A stretch of DNA of 64,000 bases from Pseudomonadota bacterium (GCA_039028155.1 JBCCIS010000006.1:10225-74224), one strand, 5' to 3'. Shown: positions 33,541 to 43,197, counted from the stretch's first letter. The notes: a model not told the origin generated them from the letters alone. Numbers and translations: made by a program.

Positions 33541-34128
33541 ATGACGACGGGCAAACAGGGCGCCGTGCCGAGAAACGGCAAGCGGTGGGAGGTCTGCATG
33601 GCGGCCATCGCGCGCGAACGGGACAAGGACTCGTTCGGCGAGCTGTTCGACCACTTTGGACCGCGCATCAAATCCTACCTGCGCCGGCTGGGCGCCAGCG
33701 ACGTCTTGGCCGAAGATCTGATGCAAGAGGTCATGCTGACCCTGTGGCGCCGCGCCGACCAGTTCGACGCCCGCAAGGCCGCCGTCAGCACCTGGGTTTT
33801 CACCATCGCGCGCAACAAGCGGATCGACGCCCTGCGCCGCCAAAAGCGGCCGGAGGTCGATATGGGCGATCCAGCGACCGCGCCGGACCCCGAAGACGAT
33901 GCGCCCAAGCCCGACGAACAGGTGAACGCGGGTCAGTTGGCTGACATCCTGCGCGCGGCGATCGGCGAACTGCCGCCCGAACAGGCCCAGCTCCTGAACA
34001 TGGCGTTCTATGACGACAAGTCCCACACCATGATCGCCGACGAACTGGACCTGCCTTTGGGCACGGTCAAGTCGCGACTGCGGCTGGCGCTCAAGAAACT
34101 CCGTACGGGGTTAGGCGATGTCGGGTGA
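33541..34128 (+). CDS. ECF-type RNA polymerase sigma-70 family factor (start uncertain)
   Basis: Region 2 DLMQEVMLTLWRRADQFD...STWVFTIARNKRIDALRR. Region 4 AFYDDKSHTMIADELDLPLGTVKSRLRLALKKLR. Confidence 0.8.
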   Translation: MTTGKQGAVPRNGKRWEVCMAAIARERDKDSFGELFDHFGPRIKSYLRRLGASDVLAEDLMQEVMLTLWRRADQFDARKAAVSTWVFTIARNKRIDALRRQKRPEVDMGDPATAPDPEDDAPKPDEQVNAGQLADILRAAIGELPPEQAQLLNMAFYDDKSHTMIADELDLPLGTVKSRLRLALKKLRTGLGDVG

Positions 34129-34487
34129 AGAACTGACTACACCGACACGAACACAGGTGCATACACCTCGTTCCTGGCCAAGACACCACCTATTTCACGG
34201 TTGAGAAAACGCCCCAAATCATCTTAGAGTTGTGCGCTGGTGTTTGTAGTCGCATAAAGGTTCTGCGATCGCAGGGGAATGCAGCTGTCAGATCCACATC
34301 CTGAAAAAGATGACAAATAGGAATAGAACTGAATTTTATTGATTAGTTTTCGAATACTCTAAGGAAGAAATTCGACAGTATTCCAGAGTTTGGACTAAAT
34401 ACTGAGCGCCCCTGAAGTTCGATACCGTGACCTTCTCGCGACAGTTACTAGCTGGTACTGGTCCAGACGTTGCTTCGGAGGGAAATC

Positions 34488-34997
34488 ATGAGTCTTCGCA
34501 TAGTCTCAAAAAGAGGCGCCGCAGCCGGCGCATCCCCGCAGCCAATGGCTGGAGGCCCACAGGACGACGATGGTTGGTCTTCTCGGATCGCTAAACTTGT
34601 GCCTGCTGAAGCGCTAGGCCTTTACGGAACCGGCCTGGCCGTGCTTGGGCGCTCGAAAGAAAATGAGACGACCGATACCCTTGCCGCCAATACCGCTGGC
34701 GAAGTCTTCCTCTCTCTTGCAGGTGACCCACCGCTAACCGGCCTCTTGATTCTTTTCGTTGCCTGCCTCGTGATCTGTGTTGTTGTTCGTTATCGGGCAA
34801 CACAGGATCCCGTTTCGAAGAAGCCTCAGTGGGCCGCTGTCATCGTGGCAGCCGTGTCTTTCATAATTTGGGTTGTCGTCCTTGAGCCTCCTGCCGGCCC
34901 GGTATCGCTCGGAGAGTACAGCTATCTGGGTGCGTTGGTGGCGGTCATTTGGGGTGCCGGTGTGCCGCTGTTCTACAAGGGAGACCCACCAGGATAA
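34488..34997 (+). CDS. membrane protein with a ~95-aa soluble N-terminus and three predicted TM helices
   Basis: GGAGGG lies upstream of the ATG. Hydrophobic segments are LTGLLILFVACLVICVVV, WAAVIVAAVSFIIWVVVL and YLGALVAVIWGAGVPLF. The gene sits in a lower-GC cassette. Confidence 0.6.
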   Translation: MSLRIVSKRGAAAGASPQPMAGGPQDDDGWSSRIAKLVPAEALGLYGTGLAVLGRSKENETTDTLAANTAGEVFLSLAGDPPLTGLLILFVACLVICVVVRYRATQDPVSKKPQWAAVIVAAVSFIIWVVVLEPPAGPVSLGEYSYLGALVAVIWGAGVPLFYKGDPPG

Positions 34998-35079
34998 AGC
35001 ATGCCCGGTAAGGGTAAGGGCGAACCGGTCGAGAAATGGTCAGTGCTCTTCTGTCCTGACCTTCAAGGGAGGATTTCGC

Positions 35080-36564
35080 ATGGCAACTGATGTTGGCCTG
35101 ATGGCACCGGTCATGTTCGCTGAGGGATTGGAGTCGGTCGTCCGTGACTCCGAACAACTCTCCGCTTCGGTCGAGACACTGGCCGCTGACGTACGCGTCA
35201 CGCTCGCGGTGTCAACGTTGAGCGGCGAGCCTATTCAAGAGCAGCGAGGTACGCTTACCCCTGACAACATTGAAGACTTCCGACCTCATCCGAAGGCCGA
35301 GGAAAGGGCGGTCGCGCGTGCTGAGGAACTGGGGCTGACCGTTATCAAGCGTGGGCGCTTTGGGATCACGGTGAGCGGGCCTGCCGACCTCGTACGTGAG
35401 GTATGCGGGACCGAATTGGTCGTCCAGACGAACGCCAGGTTCAGTGATGTTCGATCGACGCAGGAGTTCAGCTCCAGCTTTGCGCCGTTGGAACCCACCG
35501 ACCTGTTTTTGGTTCCACAGAACTCGCTGACGATTCCAGCGGCAATTGATGACTCTATCGATGATTTCGTCTTCATTCCTCCTCCGATTTTGTTCGCACC
35601 AGATCCGTCGCCACCGGCCGCGTCGTTTCACAACATTGGCAGCGGCGACATTCGTCACCTGCTGAACGTGCCCAACGAATTTGATGGAAGCGGAATTCGG
35701 GTCGGTGTGGTCGACACGGGCTTCTATGAACATCCTTACTACAAGGCGAACACCTTTGATTATCAACCTATAGCGACGGCGTCGGCGCCGGATGCCTACA
35801 TCGATGATCATGGGCATGGAACCGCGATTACGTTCAACGTGTTCGCGACCGCCCCCGGTGCGCGGGTGTGTGGCTACAAGCAGACCAATCCCCCACAGAT
35901 TGCGCTCGAAGATGCCGCAGACGAAGAAGCGGACATCATAAGTTGTTCGTGGGGTTATGATCGGGAACAGGTCTTTCCCATCCTTCAGGCGACGATACTG
36001 AGCATTATTGCTGATGGCGTTATCGTTCTCTTTGCTGCAGGCAACGGTCACTATGCTTGGCCCGGTAGCGAGCCGAGTGTCCTGAGCATCGGTGGTGCCT
36101 TCTGGAATGAGAAACACAAGCTTGAAGCCAGCAACTATGCAAGCGGATATCTAAGTAGTTTGTTCCCGGGCAGGCGCGTTCCTGACGTATCCGGTTTGTG
36201 CGGCGAGCGGCCGAAAGCGATCTATATCATTATGCCTACCCAGCCTGACAACCTTATGGATCGAACGTTGTCTGGCACGCCTCATCCGAGTTTTGATGAA
36301 ACCGATGATGACGATGGCTGGGTAGGCGCGAGCGGCACCAGTAGTGCGACACCCCAAGTCGCGGGTATCGTCGCCATGATGTTGCAGAAGGCAAGGCAGA
36401 TAGGCCGCACACTCGATACGTCCGATGTTCGAGCGATCCTTGAAAGCTCTGCCGTTCCGATAACGCAAGGCCGCAACGCAATGGGATTCCCTGCCGTCGG
36501 ACAACCGAATGTCGCGGTGGGTTGGGGCCTGGTTGATGCGCGCGCGGCGCTGGCCCAGGTGTAA
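35080..36564 (+). CDS. subtilisin-like serine protease (S8, clan SB) with an N-terminal pro-kumamolisin-type activation domain and no signal peptide
   Basis: AAGGGAGG lies 7 nt upstream of the ATG at 35080. Triad: VGVVDTGF (D), DDHGHGTA (H), GTSSATPQVAG (S). Oxyanion-region AAGNG. The prodomain-like stretch is LTPDNIEDFRPHPKAEERAVARAEELGLTVIKRGRFGITVSGPADLVREVCGTEL. Confidence 0.85.
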   Translation: MATDVGLMAPVMFAEGLESVVRDSEQLSASVETLAADVRVTLAVSTLSGEPIQEQRGTLTPDNIEDFRPHPKAEERAVARAEELGLTVIKRGRFGITVSGPADLVREVCGTELVVQTNARFSDVRSTQEFSSSFAPLEPTDLFLVPQNSLTIPAAIDDSIDDFVFIPPPILFAPDPSPPAASFHNIGSGDIRHLLNVPNEFDGSGIRVGVVDTGFYEHPYYKANTFDYQPIATASAPDAYIDDHGHGTAITFNVFATAPGARVCGYKQTNPPQIALEDAADEEADIISCSWGYDREQVFPILQATILSIIADGVIVLFAAGNGHYAWPGSEPSVLSIGGAFWNEKHKLEASNYASGYLSSLFPGRRVPDVSGLCGERPKAIYIIMPTQPDNLMDRTLSGTPHPSFDETDDDDGWVGASGTSSATPQVAGIVAMMLQKARQIGRTLDTSDVRAILESSAVPITQGRNAMGFPAVGQPNVAVGWGLVDARAALAQV

Positions 36565-36637
36565 GGTTAATCGGCGAACTGGCCTAATCGGTGTAGGATC
36601 CCCAAGTAGGCGGTATCCGAATGGCGAGAGGGAACAC

Positions 36638-36934
36638 ATGACTACCGTAGCAACGGTCCGTGTTCGAAGTGACACTCCAAGCGACAAGGGAGGTCGACCG
36701 AAGCGTGCAGATCTCGAGAAGGCCGCCGGATTGTTAAAAGAGCGAGGTTTTCTTATCAAGCGGATAGGACGGTTTGGCGTCAGCATCGAAGGCGACGATG
36801 AGACCTTTGACCGCGAACTCGGCATGAAGCTGGCAAAGGGCAAGTCGTTTGTCGGCAAACCGCATCCCGAACTCGAGCAACTCGAGAGGCTCATCGACCT
36901 CATCGAGGTCACGTCTGAACCGGAGTACTATTAG
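36638..36934 (+). CDS. stand-alone prodomain-like protein (98 aa)
   Basis: GAGAGGGA lies upstream of the ATG. ADLEKAAGLLKERGFLIKRIGRFGVSIEGDDETFDRELGMKL parallels the protease N-terminal segment AVARAEELGLTVIKRGRFGITVSGPADLVREVCGTEL. Confidence 0.6.
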   Translation: MTTVATVRVRSDTPSDKGGRPKRADLEKAAGLLKERGFLIKRIGRFGVSIEGDDETFDRELGMKLAKGKSFVGKPHPELEQLERLIDLIEVTSEPEYY

Positions 36935-36971
36935 CCGCCGCTTGCTTTGCCCACCAGTTCTGCCGAACGCG

Positions 36972-37379
36972 TCAGGCCTTCTTCTTTCGCGGCCGTTCGA
37001 CGACCTCGCCGCCGGCCTTCTGCCACGCAGTGAAGCCGCCCTCCATATGGGCCACCGGCTCCAGGCCCATGTCCTGGAGCGCCTTGGTCGCAAGTGCCGA
37101 GCGCCAGGCCGATGCGCAATAGAAGATGAACCTCTTGCCGGAAGTGAAGATCTCCTTGTGATACGGGCTCTCGGGGTCGACCCAGAACTCCAGCATGCCG
37201 CGCGGCACGTGCATTGCGCCGGGGATCATGCCTTCGCGGTCGAGTTCGCGGACATCGCGAATATCGACAATGACTGTGCCGTCTTCGTCCAGCAGCGACT
37301 TCACGGTCTCGACCGGCACCGTCTCGATCTCCTGGCTGGCCTTCTCGACCATCTCGCGCACTGTCGTCTTCAACGCCAT
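36972..37379 (-). CDS. rhodanese-domain protein
   Basis: 135 aa. DIRDVRE...GAMHVPRG...RFIFYCASAWRSALATKAL is a rhodanese active-site Cys loop. Confidence 0.8.
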   Translation of the reverse strand: MALKTTVREMVEKASQEIETVPVETVKSLLDEDGTVIVDIRDVRELDREGMIPGAMHVPRGMLEFWVDPESPYHKEIFTSGKRFIFYCASAWRSALATKALQDMGLEPVAHMEGGFTAWQKAGGEVVERPRKKKA

Positions 37380-37524
37380 TCGTGTCCTCCGCAGGCTGGG
37401 CGGTCCCTATAGCACCACGGCGGCGCGTCGATGGGAAGCGGTGACGGCGCGACAGCCTTGCAATCCATGGTGTAGGGTCGCCGGCAAGAGCCCGCCGGCC
37501 GCCATAAGTTCAGCGAGGAAGCCC

Positions 37525-38946
37525 ATGTCCACCGAGATCATCTACATGACCGCAACCGAGTTGCTGGCGCGCTTCGGCGACAAATCCCTGTCGCCGGTCG
37601 AGGTGACGCAGGCCGCGCTGGATAGGCTCGATACGACCGAACCCAAGATCAACGCCTTTCAATATGTCGACCATGAGTCCGCCTTGTCGGCGGCTCGGAA
37701 AGCGGAGGCGCGGTGGCAGCGCGGCGAACCCCAAGGCGCGCTCGAAGGCGTGCCGGTGACGGTCAAGGATCTGATCCCGCTCAAGGGCTGGCCCGTGCGC
37801 ATGGGTTCGGCAACAACCGACGAGACGCCGTGTGATTTCGACGCGCCGTCGGTCGCGCGCCTGCGCGAAGCCGGCGCCGTCTTCCTGGGCAAGACGACGA
37901 GCCCGGAATACGGCTGGAAGGGCATCACCGACGGGCCGCTGTTCGGCTATACACGCAATCCCTGGAACACCGCGCACAGCCCGGGCGGCTCAAGCGGAGG
38001 GGCCGCGGCAGCCATGGCGGCGGGCGTCGGCGCGCTCGCGCTCGGCAACGATGGCGGGGGATCGATCCGCATCCCGTCCAGCTATTCCGGCATCTACGGC
38101 ATCAAGCCCAACTTCGGGCGCGTACCCGACCATCCGCGCGAAGGCGCTTTCTGCACGACCTCGGCCGAAGGGCCCATGACCCGCTCGGTCGAGGACGCCG
38201 CCTTGATGCTGAACGAGCTTGTTAAGCCCGACGTGCGCGACTGGTACGCACTGCCCTATGACGACAGAGATTGGCGCGACTGCCTGGACGACGGCATCAA
38301 GGGATGGCGCATCGCCTACGCGCCAGGCCTGGGCGGTGCCAAGGTCGAACAGGAGGTGCGCGAACTTGTTGATCTTGCCGTTGAGCGCCAGAGGGGCCTG
38401 GGCGCCAAGGTGGAGGAGGTCGGCACGGTGTTTGAGCCTCTGGAGCCCCAATTCACCGACTATTGGCTGGCCGGCTTTGCCTCGATCCTGCGCGGCATTC
38501 CCGACGCCAAGCACGATCTGCTCGACCCGCGCTTCCGCGACCTCGCCGAGCGCGGCCTCGCGGTGACGCTTGCGCAGTACAACGAGGCCATGGTGGCGCG
38601 TGCGCGACTGGGCGTCACCATGAAGCGGTTCCACGAGACCTATGACCTTCTGGTGACGCCGACGCTGCCGACGACGGCGCCGATCGCGGAGACACCCTAT
38701 CACTCGCAAAGTCTGCACCGGTGGAACCATGCGGTGCCGTTTACGCTGCCGTTCAACCTGACCGGACAGCCCGGCGCGTCCGTGCCGTGCGGGCTGGCGA
38801 GCAACGGCTTGCCGGTCGGCCTGCAACTTGTCGCCGCGCCCTATCGCGAGGATCTGGTGTTGCAGGCGAGCCGGGCGTTTGAGGCTGAAGCGCCGCAACT
38901 TTGGCCGCAGCCGCTTGTCGAAGAGGCGCTTGGGACTGGTGGATAA
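37525..38946 (+). CDS. amidase (amidase-signature family)
   Basis: The start was trimmed to MSTEIIYMTATELL, with GAGGAA upstream. AS motif GGSSGGAAAAMAAG...GNDGGGSIRIPS. Confidence 0.85.
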   Translation: MSTEIIYMTATELLARFGDKSLSPVEVTQAALDRLDTTEPKINAFQYVDHESALSAARKAEARWQRGEPQGALEGVPVTVKDLIPLKGWPVRMGSATTDETPCDFDAPSVARLREAGAVFLGKTTSPEYGWKGITDGPLFGYTRNPWNTAHSPGGSSGGAAAAMAAGVGALALGNDGGGSIRIPSSYSGIYGIKPNFGRVPDHPREGAFCTTSAEGPMTRSVEDAALMLNELVKPDVRDWYALPYDDRDWRDCLDDGIKGWRIAYAPGLGGAKVEQEVRELVDLAVERQRGLGAKVEEVGTVFEPLEPQFTDYWLAGFASILRGIPDAKHDLLDPRFRDLAERGLAVTLAQYNEAMVARARLGVTMKRFHETYDLLVTPTLPTTAPIAETPYHSQSLHRWNHAVPFTLPFNLTGQPGASVPCGLASNGLPVGLQLVAAPYREDLVLQASRAFEAEAPQLWPQPLVEEALGTGG

Positions 38947-39742
38947 GAACGCCGCGACCTCTGCTTCTCTCGTCGCCGATGGCCGCCGCCTCGGGCTGGA
39001 ACCCGGCGACACCGTCATGATGCACGCGTCGATGCGCGCCGTCGGTCCAATCCTGGGCGGGCCGGACGTGCTGATCGATGCGCTGCGCGAGGTTATCGGG
39101 CCTGACGGCACGCTGATGATGTATGCCGGTTGTCAGCCGCCCTATGACCACATCGGCCGCGGCGGCTTCGACGATGAGAACTTGGCATTCATCGAGGCCA
39201 ACCTGCCGCAATTTGAGACCGCGTCATCGCGCGCCGACCGGGATCACGGCGTCTTGGCCGAGTTCCTGCGGACCTATCCCGGCACGGTCTGCAGCGATAA
39301 TCCGCCGGCGCGCATGGCAGCGCTTGGTGGCCGGTCGGTGGCACTGACCGCCGATCATCCTCTCAACTACGGCTTCGGTCCGGGATCACCGCTCGCCAAG
39401 CTGTGCGAGACCGGCGGCAAGGTGATGCTGATCGGATCGGATCATGACTCGGTGACGCTTCTGCATTACGCCGAGCATTTGGCGCCGATCCCGAACAAGC
39501 GGATCCTGCGGCTCAAGCTGCCGATTGCCGGCAAGGGCTGGGTGGATATCGAAGAGTACGACACGACCAGCAAGGGCATTGTCGACTGGCCGGATCGCTT
39601 CTTCGCCACGATCGTCGACGATTTTCTGGTGAGCGAAGGCATCGCAGCCGGCCGGCTTGGCCGCGCCGAGACAGTGGTGCTCGACGCCCAGGCGCTGGTC
39701 GATCACGCCTTGCCGATGATGGTTAAGGAAGCCGCCACCTAA
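38939..39742 (+). CDS. AAC(3)-family (aminoglycoside N3-acetyltransferase-fold) protein
   Basis: LGLEPGDTVMMHASMRAVGPILGGPDVLIDALREVIGPDGTLMMY is the AAC(3) N-terminal signature. The proposed GTG start overlaps the amidase stop. Confidence 0.65.
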   Translation: MDKNAATSASLVADGRRLGLEPGDTVMMHASMRAVGPILGGPDVLIDALREVIGPDGTLMMYAGCQPPYDHIGRGGFDDENLAFIEANLPQFETASSRADRDHGVLAEFLRTYPGTVCSDNPPARMAALGGRSVALTADHPLNYGFGPGSPLAKLCETGGKVMLIGSDHDSVTLLHYAEHLAPIPNKRILRLKLPIAGKGWVDIEEYDTTSKGIVDWPDRFFATIVDDFLVSEGIAAGRLGRAETVVLDAQALVDHALPMMVKEAAT

Positions 39743-40935
39743 CCGACGATATTGTGCTCCGGGCCGACGGGGAAACCGGTGATGTTGTTGGCGCCGTTCT
39801 CCGTCACCACCAGGATGTCGTGCTCGCGGTAGCCGCCGGCGCCGGGCTGGCCTTCGGGAATGGTGATCATCGGTTCGATCGATACGACCATGTTGGGCTT
39901 GAGTTCGGTCTCGATGTCCTCGCGCAGTTCAAGGCCGGCTTCGCGTCCGTAATAGTGCGAGAGCACGCCGAACGAATGGCCATAGCCGAAGGTGCGTTTG
40001 TCGAGCACGCCGTATCCTTCGTAGATCGCGTTGAGCTCGTTGGCGATATCGCAGCAGCGCACGCCGGGCTTCACCAGCTCCAGGCCGCGGCGATAGACCT
40101 CGCAGTTGATTTCCCAAAGCCTCAGGTGGTCGTCGGACGCGTGGTCGCAAAAGAGCGTGCGTTCCAACGCGACGTAGTAGCCGGCGACCATGGGGAAACA
40201 ATTGAGGCTTAGAATGTCGCCCGCCTCGATCTTGCGGGTCGTCACCGGGTTGTGGGCGCCGTCGGTGTTGACGCCCGATTGGAACCAGACCCAGGTATCG
40301 CGGATCTCCGAATTCGGATGGCGCCGGGCGATCTCACGCACCATGGCGTCGGTCGAGGCGAGCGCCACTTCGTGTTCACCGACGCCGACGCCAACCGCGT
40401 CGGCGCATGCTTGGCCACCGATATCGGCGATCTGGGTCGCGCTCTTGATGAGCGCGATTTCCTCATCGGATTTCAGCATGCGCATGGCCATGGTGAGCTT
40501 GCTGATGTCGACGAACTCGGCGTCCGCCATGGCGGTCTTCAGCTTGTCGAGGTTGTCGATCGTGATGTGATCGAACTCGACACCGATGCGCGATGCGCTA
40601 CCGATTAGTTTCTGGACCGCGCGGACATAGTTGTCCCGGCGCCAGTCCGTATAGGTCAGGGTGTCGCCGGTGCGCCGCCACGGTTGGCCATAGTCGATAT
40701 TGGCGCAGATCGCGGTCGCGCGATCCTGGGTCACGGCCAGGCCATAGGGGCGGCCGAAACTGCAATAGAGGAAGTCGCTGAAGTAGTGGATGTTGTGCAT
40801 CGACGTGAAGAGCACGGCGTCGACGTCGTTTTCGCCCATCATGGCGCGGAGTTTCTTCAGCCGCGCGGCCATCTCGGCCTCGGAAAAGGTGCCGGCGACC
40901 CGCTCGCCGTTTTCGATGACAAGAAGATCTTCCAT
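39739..40935 (-). CDS. creatinase (creatine amidinohydrolase), M24 fold
   Basis: 398 aa. It aligns by eye almost along its full length with the Pseudomonas putida creatinase as I recall it (FTSMHNIHYFSDFLYCSFGRPYGL, GQPWRRT, WFQSGVNTDGAHNPVTTRK, FGYGHSFGVLSHYYGREAGLELRED). Confidence 0.85.
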   Translation of the reverse strand: MEDLLVIENGERVAGTFSEAEMAARLKKLRAMMGENDVDAVLFTSMHNIHYFSDFLYCSFGRPYGLAVTQDRATAICANIDYGQPWRRTGDTLTYTDWRRDNYVRAVQKLIGSASRIGVEFDHITIDNLDKLKTAMADAEFVDISKLTMAMRMLKSDEEIALIKSATQIADIGGQACADAVGVGVGEHEVALASTDAMVREIARRHPNSEIRDTWVWFQSGVNTDGAHNPVTTRKIEAGDILSLNCFPMVAGYYVALERTLFCDHASDDHLRLWEINCEVYRRGLELVKPGVRCCDIANELNAIYEGYGVLDKRTFGYGHSFGVLSHYYGREAGLELREDIETELKPNMVVSIEPMITIPEGQPGAGGYREHDILVVTENGANNITGFPVGPEHNIVG

Positions 40936-41011
40936 GGGCCTGTTCCATTCATGGCTCAGCCGGCGCGCCGCAAGGCGGCGCCCGACAAAGATAGTCTAAG
41001 AAGCGTTGGTC

Positions 41012-41839
41012 CTAGTTGCGGATCCCGCGCAGGCGTTCGGTACGCCGCCGCAGCATTTCCATGCACACCATCAGCAAGATGGAGATCAAAATCAGCATGG
41101 TGGCGACCGCCGTGATAGTCGGCGACAGGAGCTCGCGAATACCGCTCCACATTCTTCGCGGTAGCGTGTGTTCCTCCGTCGTCGCCAGCATGATCGCGAC
41201 CACCAGCTCGTCCCACGAGGTGATGAAGGCAAACAGCGCGCCGGAGACGATGCCGGGCAGGATCAGCGGGAACGTGATCTTGAAGAACACGCTGACCGGT
41301 GAGCCGCCCAGGCTGGCGCCCGCGCGCACCAGATTCTGGTCAAAACCGACCAGGGTCGCGCTGACCGTGATGACGACAAAGGGTACGCCGAGCGCGGCAT
41401 GCGCCAGGATCAGGCCGGCCAGCGTGCCGGTCAGGCCGATCTTGGCGTAGAAATAGAACATGCCGACGGCGGTGATGACGATCGGCACGACCATCGGCGA
41501 GATCAACACCGCCAGGATCACGGTCTTGCCCGGGAACACCGCCCGGTTCATCCCGAGCGCGGCGAGCGTGCCGAGTACCGAGGCGATAAGCGTCGCGAAG
41601 AAACCGATGATGACGCTGTTCTTCAGGCCCAGCAGCCATTGGGGATTGGTGAAGAAGTCCTCATACCACCGGATCGAGAAGCCCGGCATGGGATAGGTGA
41701 AATAGGGCTCCGCGTTGAACGACAGCGGCATAATGACAATGATCGGCGCGATCAGGAAAAAGAAGATCGCGACGCAGATCAGCCGGAACAGGTAGTACCA
41801 GATGCGGTCCCAGGGGCCAGCGTAAGCGGGTAGCGCCAT
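41012..41839 (-). CDS. ABC transporter permease (PotC/PotI-like)
   Basis: 275 aa, six TM segments, EAA-loop-like region AGASLGGSPVSVFFKITFPL. Confidence 0.8.
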   Translation of the reverse strand: MALPAYAGPWDRIWYYLFRLICVAIFFFLIAPIIVIMPLSFNAEPYFTYPMPGFSIRWYEDFFTNPQWLLGLKNSVIIGFFATLIASVLGTLAALGMNRAVFPGKTVILAVLISPMVVPIVITAVGMFYFYAKIGLTGTLAGLILAHAALGVPFVVITVSATLVGFDQNLVRAGASLGGSPVSVFFKITFPLILPGIVSGALFAFITSWDELVVAIMLATTEEHTLPRRMWSGIRELLSPTITAVATMLILISILLMVCMEMLRRRTERLRGIRN

Positions 41840-41843
41840 CGTT

Positions 41844-43109
41844 CTATCCCAGCTTCAGCTTATCGACGCCGACAAGCTTGTTGTACATCAAGAACATCAC
41901 CAGCGTCATGGCCAGCAGGATCACGCTGAGCGCGGCGGCCAGGCCCCAGTTCAGGGTCTGGTTCGTGTTCGACACGATGAAGTAGCTGAGCATCTGGTCA
42001 TCGGGACCGCCGACCAGGGCCGGCGTGATGTAGTAACCCAGCGACAGAATGAAGACGAGCAGGCAACCGGCGCCGATGCCCGGCAGGCACTGCGGCAGGT
42101 AGACCTTCATGAAGGCGGCGAGAGGTGTCGCGCCCAGCGAAAGTGCCGCGCGCATATGCCAGGGATTGATGCCCTTCATGACCGAGAACATCGGCAGGGC
42201 CATGAACGGCAGCAGAATGTGAACCATGGCGATATAGACGCCGAGCCGGTTGCGGATCAGCTCCAGCGGTTCGCTCCACAATCCAACCCAAAGACCGAAG
42301 TCGTTCACCAGGCCTTCCGATTGCAGCAGCACCAGCCACGCGGTGGTGCGCACCAACAGCGACGTCCAGAACGGTAGCAGCAGCAGGATCAGCAGCAGGT
42401 TGCTCTTCGACGTCGGCAGGGTTGCTAGAAGGTAGGAGATCGGTAGGCCGAGGAAGAAGCAGATGAGGGTCACAAAAATGCTGATCTCGACTGTGCGCCA
42501 CAGCACTTCCAGATAGATCTTTCTGTTGTCGTCAACGCTGACGATGTTGCCGTCGACATCGCGCGTGTGATCGACCGCCCAGAGCAGGTAGTAATCGGTC
42601 AACGGCGGCGTCGCCGTCTTCAAGGGCGCCCAATAGGCGGTATCTTCCCAGCGCCGGTCGATATCGATGAAGGCGTCGAGCATTTGATCGTCCGGCAGAC
42701 TGAGCGACTCGGCGATCTTCTTCGACGTCTTCATGATCAACGAGCGATAGCCGGATATGTCGTAGTTCATGCGCCGCGCGACCGCACCCAGCGTGCGGTC
42801 CTCGCGCGCCTGCGCGATCTCGCGCGCGAAGGACGCGATCGTCTCGTCAGGCGGATAGCCCCGGCCGTCCCACTCCTCCAGCATCGGCGTGGTTTCCGGC
42901 AGGGTTTCGACGAACGCCGGTTCCTGAACGCTGAGCGTCAGCAACTCGGCGATCGGATAAATGAAGGTGATAAGCAGGAAAACAAAGAGCGGAGCAATCA
43001 GGGCGAGGGCCCAGACCTTGCGCATCCGTTCTGCGCGACGCAGCTTGATCTTCAGCGGAACACCGTCCGCCGTCATCATCACATTGTCTGGTTCTGCCGT
43101 AGCGCTCAC
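41844..43109 (-). CDS. ABC transporter permease (PotB/PotH-like, with a long N-terminal loop)
   Basis: 421 aa. RAALSLGATPLAAFMKVYLPQ is an EAA motif. A 4-nt gap separates it from the next permease. Confidence 0.8.
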   Translation of the reverse strand: MSATAEPDNVMMTADGVPLKIKLRRAERMRKVWALALIAPLFVFLLITFIYPIAELLTLSVQEPAFVETLPETTPMLEEWDGRGYPPDETIASFAREIAQAREDRTLGAVARRMNYDISGYRSLIMKTSKKIAESLSLPDDQMLDAFIDIDRRWEDTAYWAPLKTATPPLTDYYLLWAVDHTRDVDGNIVSVDDNRKIYLEVLWRTVEISIFVTLICFFLGLPISYLLATLPTSKSNLLLILLLLPFWTSLLVRTTAWLVLLQSEGLVNDFGLWVGLWSEPLELIRNRLGVYIAMVHILLPFMALPMFSVMKGINPWHMRAALSLGATPLAAFMKVYLPQCLPGIGAGCLLVFILSLGYYITPALVGGPDDQMLSYFIVSNTNQTLNWGLAAALSVILLAMTLVMFLMYNKLVGVDKLKLG

Positions 43110-43197
43110 GCCTTCGCTCCCTAAACGATCACCGGCGTCTTGCGGTGATCACGGGGTACGCGGAGTTAAGTCCCCGCGTACCCCGGACCAGACAGGT

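Noticed and set aside
34873-35079. Upstream extension of the S8 protease ORF (and likewise 36509..36637 for the 98-aa ORF)
   Set aside because: The extensions overlap the preceding genes and lack an RBS. Internal ATGs at 35080 and 36638 have strong Shine-Dalgarno sequences.
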